A stretch of 28,556 nt of DNA from Thermodesulfovibrionales bacterium (GCA_044450345.1 JBIOIY010000041.1:1-28556), one strand, 5' to 3'; shown: positions 10,024-17,541, counted from the stretch's first letter. Notes: generated by a model not told the origin, from the sequence alone. Program-made: numbers and translations.

Positions 10024-10569
10024 ATAGTTAATCAAAGGAGAGTATCACCCGGGCGGGTCGTCGACAAGACCCGCGTAAACAACCAGATAAGGCTTATTAA
10101 AGCGAAAGAGATACGGGTTGTCGACGATGAGGGGCAGGTCGGCATAATGGATATTGAAGCGGCATTGAAGCTCGCCGGAGAACGGGATTTGGATCTCGTA
10201 GAAATCAGCCCCCTGGCTGAGCCGCCGGTATGCAAGATCATGGATTATAGGAAGTTCAAGTTCGAGGAAGGCAAGAAAGAGCGAAAGGCCAAAAAAAATC
10301 AAACGACCCTCACACTCAAGGAAATCAGGATGCGCCCTTCGATCGATACCCATGATTATGAGTTCAAGAAGCGTAATGTGCGGAAGTTCATCGGTCACGG
10401 GGACAAGGTTAAGGTGACCATTCGCTTTAGAGGACGGGAATTTAGTCGCCAGGACCTGGGGACGAATGTCCTGAACAGGTTGGCGCTCGAACTGGAAGAT
10501 ATCGCGAAGGTAGAATCCCAGCCGAAGATGGACGGCCGCCAGATGGTAATGATCCTCAGGGCTTCGTGA
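10024..10569 (+). CDS. infC: Translation initiation factor IF-3 with non-canonical AUA start
   Basis: RVNNQI...EIRVVD, LDLVEI..PPVCKIMDY, KEIRMRP.ID.HD, GDKVKVTIRFRGRE. SD AGGAGG (10011-10016) lies 7 nt before the in-frame ATA at 10024. The ORF track starts at internal Met 10147. Confidence 0.93.
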   Translation: MVNQRRVSPGRVVDKTRVNNQIRLIKAKEIRVVDDEGQVGIMDIEAALKLAGERDLDLVEISPLAEPPVCKIMDYRKFKFEEGKKERKAKKNQTTLTLKEIRMRPSIDTHDYEFKKRNVRKFIGHGDKVKVTIRFRGREFSRQDLGTNVLNRLALELEDIAKVESQPKMDGRQMVMILRAS

Positions 10570-10582
10570 CATCATTTCTTCC

Positions 10583-10612
10583 TTGATTTAATAGGCAAGG
10601 CCATGTTATCCT
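10583..10612 (+). promoter_or_regulatory. Candidate sigma-70 promoter for the csp gene
   Basis: TTGATT (10583-10588), 18-bp spacer, extended -10 TGtTATCCT (10604-10612). Confidence 0.45.
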
Positions 10613-10646
10613 ATGAACAGGATTTTAGAAGTTTTTGCCGTTCATG

Positions 10647-10684
10647 AGGCCACAAAGACTTTTGACTTTGTGGCCTTTTTATTT
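10647..10684 (+). terminator. Intrinsic terminator between infC and csp (possibly inside the csp leader)
   Basis: Perfect 11-bp stem AGGCCACAAAG / CTTTGTGGCCT with loop ACTTTTGA, followed by TTTTATTT. Confidence 0.85.
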
Positions 10685-10732
10685 GCCGAGACCTTCTGAG
10701 ATTTGAGTCTAGAGATAAGGAGGTAATAGGAA

Positions 10733-10933
10733 ATGGAACAAGGAACTGTAAAATGGTTTAACGACAGCAAAGGCTTTGGATTCATCGCGAATAATGATGG
10801 AAGCGAAGCCTTTGTCCATCATACTTCCATCCAGGGTAATGGCTTCAAAAGCCTTGCTGAGGGTGACAAGGTCAGCTTTGATACCGAAAAAGGCCCGAAA
10901 GGCCCCAAGGCGATCAATGTCGTTAAGTTGTAA
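10733..10933 (+). CDS. csp: Cold-shock protein (CspA family)
   Basis: GTVKWFN, RNP-1 KGFGFI, RNP-2 AFVHH, GFKSL.EG. SD AAGGAGGT. Confidence 0.97.
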   Translation: MEQGTVKWFNDSKGFGFIANNDGSEAFVHHTSIQGNGFKSLAEGDKVSFDTEKGPKGPKAINVVKL

Positions 10934-10944
10934 TTAACGGGAAT

Positions 10945-10975
10945 AAGGCCCCTTCCGGACGGAAGGGGCCTTCTC
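10945..10975 (+). terminator. GC-rich hairpin after csp (weak terminator or stabiliser)
   Basis: 12-bp perfect stem AAGGCCCCTTCC-GGAC-GGAAGGGGCCTT with a poor U tract. Confidence 0.6.
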
Positions 10976-10988
10976 ATCAGAGGGGAAT

Positions 10989-11360
10989 ATGAACTACAGC
11001 GTGAATAACAAAAAAAATACAGCAAGGATTGAAAGACAGCAACGGAAGCTCGAAGCAGGCTTCGTATCCGCGCAATTCCCAGAGGTTACGGGCATCGTCG
11101 TAAACATGATATATAATCAGAGGGGCATACAAAAATCATTATGCCGGGTTGTTAATTTCTTTCCCGGCAGTTATGCCTTGTTCAGGATAGAATGCTTGAA
11201 CAAGGAATGTTGCGATGGCGGGTTTGATCTCACTCAGGTTATCTCAGGGATGGTCAGAAACCGCAGAGAGGCCGCAAAAGGAAATATCAGCTGTGAAGGC
11301 AATTCCGCATCTGCCGACCACTCGACTATTACTTATGAAGTTTCCATACAATACACATAG
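10989..11360 (+). CDS. Hypothetical Cys-containing protein
   Basis: 123-aa ORF with SD GAGGGG. Motif FRIEC-LNKE-CCDGGFDL and a distal ISC. A small hairpin follows at 11357-11374. Confidence 0.8.
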   Translation: MNYSVNNKKNTARIERQQRKLEAGFVSAQFPEVTGIVVNMIYNQRGIQKSLCRVVNFFPGSYALFRIECLNKECCDGGFDLTQVISGMVRNRREAAKGNISCEGNSASADHSTITYEVSIQYT

Positions 11361-11676
11361 GGGAGCTTCCCTATATTCTCAGGCATAATCGCCAAATTGG
11401 AACCTGCAGAGAGTCTGCGGACCCTCTTCTCGGCAGGATCGACTTAAATATTGAAGCGTCGGCCACCCCCTACAAAGAATTGTCAAAAGAATATAGATCT
11501 TAGGCCTGGACGCGGAATAGAGTCTGAAACAAGCGACCCTCTAAATTTCTTAATGTTTGTCTAAGACGTATCATGCTGATTTCAAACAACATTTTCTCTA
11601 CTATACAAATTACTGAGTCGGTTTATATCTAAGTTCTATAACCTTGAGTAGACGACTCTCTATATAAACACTTATA

Positions 11677-11721
11677 AATCAGCTACTTTCTCACTTCCAA
11701 AATATTGGCACCACGCTTGCT
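11677..11721 (+). promoter_or_regulatory. Sigma-54 (-24/-12) promoter with an upstream IHF-like site
   Basis: TTGGCACCACGCTTGCT (11705-11721) matches TGGCAC-N5-TTGC with exact GG-N10-GC spacing. AATCAGCTACTTT (11677-11689) resembles WATCARNNNNTTR and sits within an AT-rich tract. Confidence 0.8.
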
Positions 11722-11731
11722 AATTATTGAG

Positions 11732-11925
11732 AGTGCAACGTACTTTTGATATCTCTTGGAGGAGATCGCTATCGCAGGAGGGTACGGGTGACGCGGGTCG
11801 GGCTGGCAAATCATTTATGATTAGTGCCAGGCATAGGGGCTTTGGCAGTGTGATTCGTTGTTCGATGCCTTCCATCGGGCAGCGAAAGCGGGGATCGGCA
11901 CACTGGCCAAGGCCCTACCTTTTTA
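11732..11925 (+). ncRNA. Putative sigma-54-dependent structured small RNA of unrecognised family
   Basis: Three consecutive hand-folded helices (11739-11786, 11803-11830, 11834-11917), H1 and H3 rich in G-U pairs, ending in a U tract at 11920-11924. No credible protein gene follows the promoter. Confidence 0.6.
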
Positions 11926-12078
11926 GACGGTCATTTTCCTTGTAATCACACCTGTCGGAGAAAACCTGTCACAAAGGGTACACCGATATTCACAGCACCC
12001 CAAAATTCCCTCGGAGTCTTGTAGGCCTACTATCTTGATCTTTTTCTTGCGAATACCCCGCATCAAAGTGTCTCTTTA

Positions 12079-13596
12079 TCAGGACTTGAGTATCATCTGG
12101 TTCGTTGAGGACCGTGTCTCTCCTATAGAGGTAACGCGCACTGCAGCTTGATCGCGGATAGGACACTTGTTTTCACAAATCCCGCAACCGATACAGAGAT
12201 TCGGGTCCACATAAGGGCGCTTCAGCATTTTTGTCGTTCCGTCGCGAAGCTCCACTTCAAATGTCCGAAACCAGATCGCCTTCGGTGATGTGGGGCAGAC
12301 CTCTTCGCAGACTATGCAGTCGATATTCATCGCCCAGGGCAGGCACCTTCCCCGGTCGTAAAAGGCAGTGCCGATCTTGAGAGGCTTCTGTCCGGCGCCC
12401 TTTCCAAGTTTTTTATCAACAGTGAGAGGGCCGATAGCGCCGGTAGGGCATACGCGACTGCAGAGCACACAGTTGTACTCGCAGTAGCCGATCCTGTTGA
12501 TCAGTATCGGCGTCCAGATCCCCTCGAATCCCGCCTCCAGTAAAGCAGGCTGGATCGCGTTGGTAGGGCAGACCTTCATGCATTCCCCGCACTTGATACA
12601 CCGTCGGAGGAAGTCCTCTTCGGAGAGGGAACCGGGAGGCCTGATTACGCGATACTGCGGTGAAGTTTTGGAGGCGATGGTGCTTCGCATCATGGGGAAT
12701 AGTACCGCCCCTGCGAGGGCGCTCTCGATCAGCCTGCGACGGCTTACGTCGAGAGGCATCTGGACAGAACTTGAGGGTTTTGACAGGCCGTAATGTATCG
12801 CGCCCTCAGGGCAGTCTTCGATGCAGTTCATGCAGAGGTGACATTCGGTGACGCGAAGGGCCGTATGGGGATCACATCCGCCATGACAGTGGCCGAGGCA
12901 TTTTTTGCAGTCGGTGCAAAGGTCGACGTCGCGCCATATCCTGAGAAGAGGCCTGAAAGAAACCAGCCCCAGAAGAGCACCAAGGGGACAGACTGCACGG
13001 CACCAGAATCGCGGCAGAAATCTGTTCGCAAAGATCACCGCAAGGAAGATGAGGCCCAGCAAAGTTCCGCCATTAAAAAGGGGCTGCTTCAGATAGAGCC
13101 AACCCCGGCTGTGATTAATCGCCGGAAATACCGAGATAGCGAAGGACCTCGTGATGAATGGAAGAGGATCGAGCAATCCAATCTGGAGCGAACCGAAAGC
13201 AGCTAGGGCTAGGAACAGGACAAGGAAATAGTATTTGAGACGGTAGAGGGTGCGATAGGAATTCAGTGCAACGGTATCTGCCGCCCTCAGCCTGGAGAAG
13301 ATGCTTCCTGCAATCTGGTTGATGATGCCCATCGGACAGACCCACGAACAGAAGAAACGGCCGAAGAAGAGTGTCCCTATAATGATAAGGAGCGAAAGGG
13401 CGAGCCCCTTATAGACTGTCCAACTGGTGAGAAAAGAGGCGATAGCAGCGAGAGGGTCGAGCTCCAGAAAGAGCGGAGTCTCGTAGCCCTTCATGCGCCT
13501 GAAACTCGTCAGCCAAAGAAGAATGATGAAAAGCACTATGAAAAAGGCCGCGTACATTCTCCTGATATTTCGCAGGGTCAGGACCTTTCGGATCAT
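12079..13596 (-). CDS. Membrane-bound polyferredoxin (NapH/MauN-like plus NapG/MauM-like fusion)
   Basis: TM helices, two CxxxCP motifs (GRFFCSWVCP, RFWCRAVCP), six 4Fe-4S-type Cys clusters and IRPPG. Start ATG 13596 overlaps the upstream stop (ATGA). Confidence 0.9.
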   Translation of the reverse strand: MIRKVLTLRNIRRMYAAFFIVLFIILLWLTSFRRMKGYETPLFLELDPLAAIASFLTSWTVYKGLALSLLIIIGTLFFGRFFCSWVCPMGIINQIAGSIFSRLRAADTVALNSYRTLYRLKYYFLVLFLALAAFGSLQIGLLDPLPFITRSFAISVFPAINHSRGWLYLKQPLFNGGTLLGLIFLAVIFANRFLPRFWCRAVCPLGALLGLVSFRPLLRIWRDVDLCTDCKKCLGHCHGGCDPHTALRVTECHLCMNCIEDCPEGAIHYGLSKPSSSVQMPLDVSRRRLIESALAGAVLFPMMRSTIASKTSPQYRVIRPPGSLSEEDFLRRCIKCGECMKVCPTNAIQPALLEAGFEGIWTPILINRIGYCEYNCVLCSRVCPTGAIGPLTVDKKLGKGAGQKPLKIGTAFYDRGRCLPWAMNIDCIVCEEVCPTSPKAIWFRTFEVELRDGTTKMLKRPYVDPNLCIGCGICENKCPIRDQAAVRVTSIGETRSSTNQMILKS

Positions 13597-14585
13597 ATGT
13601 TCATTTCGGCAACGTTGAGCGATTTCCAATCGGAAATCCCGATGCCCCTCTTTTCCGCCATTAGGATAAAAGGAATATCCTCAACCTTCAGATCAAGAAA
13701 CCTCAGTCCGTAAGACTCAATTGCGACCAGATCCACTCCGGCGATAACCGTGTTCTCTATGGATACGTCCGAGAGGTTGCCGCCGGTCGGACCGTTTCTC
13801 TTAAGTACCCTCGTGGCATCCATGACAGTGAGCGTCGGCCTGATCGCGCCGGCGAGGTCCGCGATCGCGGTATTGATGTCCTGATGCAGGCGGTTCCTCT
13901 GTCCGCCGAGGGAGCCGTAAAGGTTTTTCATCGCCATTGTGCACTTGCTGAGGGAGTGGTGTTTCACGACAGGCAGATTGATGAGCTTGTCAGCCTTGTG
14001 GTAGAATGCGCTTACGGGCCACACCTTGAGAGATTCGCCCTTCAGGTCGGTCAGGACAAAGTCGTTTTCGGTAGTCAATCTGATCTTTCCACCCGCCCTC
14101 TTCACTGCGGCCTCGATCCCGGAACGGGCGAAACACCTGTAGGGATCGTTCACCGAAACATCTGTTACCCAGACCTCTGATGCCCGCGCCTCAAGACAGA
14201 GCTTAACGACTGCGGCAACCACCTCGGGATTGGTGTTGGCCGCCTGCTCCGGCTGTCTGTCCCATGCCACGTTAGGCTTCAGCAGGACTTTATCGCCGGT
14301 GCTCACAAACCGGCCCATGCCGCCGATCTTTTCGATCGCGGCCCGGACCATCTTCTCCGCGTCCTGGCCGTGGACCACCGCAAGTTTGGGATAGACTGTT
14401 TTCTCTTCGGGGCGGAAGTCCTTGAAGGTGAGTATCTTGCTGTCACTCCTGCGGACCGGTTCTTTACTGTAAAAGACATATCCCCATACGCCCGCAGTTG
14501 CTGCGAGGCCGCAGGTAGCGGCGGTTCTCAGGAGAAATTGTCTCCTGTTAATGCCCGCCTCCCTTTTGTTGTTTTTCGATGGCAT
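13593..14585 (-). CDS. DUF362 domain protein with twin-arginine signal/anchor
   Basis: NRRQFLL plus a hydrophobic stretch; GDKVLLKPN, ANTNP, INLPVVKHH, MKNLYG, GPTGG. Confidence 0.88.
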   Translation of the reverse strand: MPSKNNKREAGINRRQFLLRTAATCGLAATAGVWGYVFYSKEPVRRSDSKILTFKDFRPEEKTVYPKLAVVHGQDAEKMVRAAIEKIGGMGRFVSTGDKVLLKPNVAWDRQPEQAANTNPEVVAAVVKLCLEARASEVWVTDVSVNDPYRCFARSGIEAAVKRAGGKIRLTTENDFVLTDLKGESLKVWPVSAFYHKADKLINLPVVKHHSLSKCTMAMKNLYGSLGGQRNRLHQDINTAIADLAGAIRPTLTVMDATRVLKRNGPTGGNLSDVSIENTVIAGVDLVAIESYGLRFLDLKVEDIPFILMAEKRGIGISDWKSLNVAEMNI

Positions 14586-14604
14586 AGGACTACCTCAGAG
14601 GTTT

Positions 14605-15573
14605 TTAGCCTTTCTCCTTCATAAAGAATTTCAAGATTTCTTCGTCATCCGTCCCGAACACACCGAAAACCGCATCATGCGACCGTATGAGAAACCAGTT
14701 GCCCTCATATTTGTCCATGACCTTGTACACATCTGGACCGCCCCTTTCGGTCTTTTCGTACCGCGTCCCGGATTTTCCAAAGTAGTCAAGAAAGGTGGTC
14801 AGCAGTGATCTAACTTCATGTTCACTGCCTGCCATAAGAGCCACCTTGATCTTTCCCCTGCCTGTGGAGTATTCGCGCTCTATCACATTATGGAGGAAAT
14901 CGAGACCGCGATAACCCTCCTTTGCAAACCTCGTATTCTCGACCTTTCCTATGTCGGGGAATTTCGCGAAGACCTGGAAGGAATCCTTTCCCCCCGAAAG
15001 GGTGTCGGCGAATGCCTTCGCAAATTTAATTACCGGCGTCTTCGGGCTGAAGGCCGATATCTTGACGTAATACCCGCCCTTTATATAGTTCACGCCGCCG
15101 GAGGTCTTGTATCCCATCGTTCCCACAGAAACCGCAGCAGGGTTTTCTCCGGACTCATCTACAAGTACCCCGAAGGCCTGGATGCTTTTACCCATGTCAA
15201 AGACCTCGGCCTGGACCTCCGCCTGTGTGGCCTTTGACCCCGCGGAAATGTACTCAGTCACCGTAAGCCCCTGAAACCCCGCACTAATAAAATATTCGGC
15301 ATGGCCGTCTACATGTTCATAGAGATTTTCCTTTGTGTAACGACGTGTCTCACCCAACTTCCGGAAGCCCGCGATATCCTGAGCTACGGAGAGGGGCTGT
15401 GATTCTTGTATCGCTTGGGGTGAGGCAACTGGACCCGGGACTTCCTGCCGCACTGTTGTCTTGAAGTCTATCAGGGCGGGATCAAACTTTTGGCCTCTTA
15501 TATACAGGACCCCGGCGATAAGCGGCAGCAGCCCGATCAGCAGAAGGCGGTATTTAAGCGGGACTGAGTTCAT
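14605..15573 (-). CDS. Membrane-anchored exported protein, DUF6599-like
   Basis: N-terminal TM helix; motifs ENLYEHVDGHAEYF, EVFDM and AFGV. Start placed at ATG 15573 (MNSVP). Confidence 0.72.
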   Translation of the reverse strand: MNSVPLKYRLLLIGLLPLIAGVLYIRGQKFDPALIDFKTTVRQEVPGPVASPQAIQESQPLSVAQDIAGFRKLGETRRYTKENLYEHVDGHAEYFISAGFQGLTVTEYISAGSKATQAEVQAEVFDMGKSIQAFGVLVDESGENPAAVSVGTMGYKTSGGVNYIKGGYYVKISAFSPKTPVIKFAKAFADTLSGGKDSFQVFAKFPDIGKVENTRFAKEGYRGLDFLHNVIEREYSTGRGKIKVALMAGSEHEVRSLLTTFLDYFGKSGTRYEKTERGGPDVYKVMDKYEGNWFLIRSHDAVFGVFGTDDEEILKFFMKEKG

Positions 15574-15583
15574 CAGACCCGCA

Positions 15584-16774
15584 TCAGACAATAAACGACA
15601 TCGATTCATGGGCATCGCAGAGCATGTCTTTCACAGAAAGACCATGGGGACAGCTGCCGACGCAAACCGGATCAGCACATCCGGTGCAGGATGATGCGTT
15701 CTTTTTCAGCAAGGAATAGGATTCCATCGCCCTCTTTTCCATGCCATAGTCCATGAAGTACATCCGGTATCTCATGATCGTGGCGATCTCCACTCCTGCG
15801 GCGCATGATCCCTCGCAGGCCCCGCAGCCTGTCCTGCAGTATTCTTGGCCGTACAGGCGGGCATATTGATCAAGGACCTTTTGGTCGGCGGCTGTGAATT
15901 TCGCACCCGAGGCCTTGAGATAGAGCTCGATATCAGAAGCTGTCTTCATTGTGACGATAAGTCCGCTCACCTCCGCATGCTTTAAGACCCACTTGAATGC
16001 CGCGTGGGAGAACTCCTCTCCTTTTCCCTCCACATTCATATCCTTTGCGCCGGCAAGGGTCTTCATGGCGATCACGCCTACCCCTCTTTTGTGGGCTTCC
16101 TTCATGACCTCGGGCAGCTTTGGAAACTTCATGAAGTTGAAGGACGGCTGGATCAGATCGAAGCGGCCCGACTTGACAGCAGTCATCAGGAGTTCCTCCA
16201 TATTGTTGGGTCCGTGAGAAGAGGTGCCGAGAAAACGGACCTTTCCCGCCTTTTTCAGTTCAGCCACGGCCTCGAACATCTCGTCGCTAAGGAGCCTTTT
16301 TTTCTCGGTTTCCAGGTCCTTGTTCATCTCGCCGATGGCGTGCACAAAGCAGAAATCGAGATAATCGGTCTTCATCCTCGACAGGCTTCCCTCGACCGAG
16401 GCTATGTAATCTTTCTTCTTCGTTCCCAGAGGGAGATGCCCGGGATAAGGCTGGGGGTTGCATAATTTTGACGTAATGATGACCTTGTCCCTCCGGATCT
16501 TGCCCATGGCTTCGCCGATCGTCTTTTCAGATTGGCCGTAATCCGGGGCGGTGTCAAAATAGTTGATGCCGCTGTCCACAGCCCTGAGGACCATCGAGGC
16601 AGTCGAAAGTTTTCCGGCGCCGAAGGAGATATCGCTCATCTTCAACCCGGTCTTTCCGATTTCACGATAATTTTTGACAGAGGGTGTGTCGGCAACTGTT
16701 TCCGCATGAAGCGGAGGGACCGTAGCAGCGGCTGCGGTGAAAACCGCCGCCTTGAGAAAATCGCGTCGTTTCAT
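15584..16774 (-). CDS. Tat-signal aldo/keto reductase with C-terminal 4Fe-4S dicluster
   Basis: MKRRDFLK signal; GKTGLKMS, GINYFDTAPDY, TSK, FVH, IAMK; CxxxCxxCxxxC and CxxCxxxxCxxxCP. SD GAGGAGG. Confidence 0.92.
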   Translation of the reverse strand: MKRRDFLKAAVFTAAAATVPPLHAETVADTPSVKNYREIGKTGLKMSDISFGAGKLSTASMVLRAVDSGINYFDTAPDYGQSEKTIGEAMGKIRRDKVIITSKLCNPQPYPGHLPLGTKKKDYIASVEGSLSRMKTDYLDFCFVHAIGEMNKDLETEKKRLLSDEMFEAVAELKKAGKVRFLGTSSHGPNNMEELLMTAVKSGRFDLIQPSFNFMKFPKLPEVMKEAHKRGVGVIAMKTLAGAKDMNVEGKGEEFSHAAFKWVLKHAEVSGLIVTMKTASDIELYLKASGAKFTAADQKVLDQYARLYGQEYCRTGCGACEGSCAAGVEIATIMRYRMYFMDYGMEKRAMESYSLLKKNASSCTGCADPVCVGSCPHGLSVKDMLCDAHESMSFIV

Positions 16775-17006
16775 GATAAAACCTCCTCATCCAGCTGATA
16801 AATAACATCATGCCGAAAAATTACTAACAAGCGACTGTTTATTATTAGCATACTAAATCGGCGCAGATTATTAAAAGGGATATCATTTCATATCGATTTC
16901 TACGTGAGGCAACAGGTCCCGAGGAAAACTGCGGTAAGGTTCAAGGTAATGGGATGAAGATATCATTCTATGATAAGCGGCGGATTTGGGGAGAACAGTA
17001 GAGTAG

Positions 17007-17408
17007 AGCGCTCTGCTCAGCTTTTCTGAACGCTTCTCCCAGGCCACCAATTTCATGCTGGTGTTTGCGCTCATTGGTCTGACTCTCGGCGTCGTTTGAC
17101 TTTTCCTCCGGGACGTAATCAATATTTTCTCCGGTGATATCGAGCAAAGCGTTATCTCTTCCCTCGGGTCCATGCTCCTCCTCTGGCTCATGATAGAACT
17201 CATGAATACCGAGATCTCGCATCTGAAGGGCGGCAAATTTCACATAAGCGTTTTCGTGGGTGTTGCACTTGTGACGATGATCCGGGAGACAATGATTGCC
17301 ACCCTCCGCCATGGAAAACCGGAGTAAGTCTATTACCTTATAGCCGCTATTCTCGTGATCGGCTTCGTATACTGGATCGTCACCAAGACCGAAGATCCCC
17401 ACAAATAA
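17007..17408 (+). pseudogene. PsiE-family (phosphate-starvation-inducible) four-TM protein remnant
   Basis: Manual translation: SALLSFSERFSQATNFMLVFALIGLTLGVV*LFLRDV...SSLGSMLLLWLMIELMNTEISHLKGGKFHISVFVGVALVTMIRETMI...KPE*VYYLIAAILVIGFVYWIV. In-frame stops at 17097 (TGA) and 17325 (TAA). The 5' end is missing. Confidence 0.8.
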
Positions 17409-17504
17409 ACCTTGGATGTCGGTAAGCCCTTCGGCTAACAGGGGCAACCTTTTTTGCTATATTTCTTGAAAGAGGGCTCAAATAGGAACTTCGTATAATA
17501 ATTT

Positions 17505-17540
17505 GAAAAAATCTGCCGGGCAGAATGTATTTCCCTGCCG
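17505..17540 (-). terminator. Possible intrinsic terminator after the CHASE2 kinase
   Basis: Minus strand reads GGCAGGG-AAATACA-TTCTGCC, then CGGCAGA and TTTTTT, directly after the stop codon. Confidence 0.45.
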
Positions 17541-17541
17541 C

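Noticed and set aside
11860..11900. GC-GAAA-GC as part of a c-di-GMP-I riboswitch
   Set aside because: The GGCAAAC and GACGCAAAG flanks and the P1/P3 arrangement are absent, and the bases fit better in helix H3.
11727..11945. 72-aa ORF as the target of the sigma-54 promoter
   Set aside because: Its TTG start lies upstream of the predicted TSS, it has no SD, and its composition is not protein-like.
17097..17099. In-frame TGA as selenocysteine or recoding
   Set aside because: It lies in a TM helix where Gly or Trp is expected, a second stop (TAA) follows, and other genes use TGA as a normal stop.
16883..17447. Two minus-strand ORFs (117 and 159 aa)
   Set aside because: They are antisense shadows of the plus-strand PsiE pseudogene.
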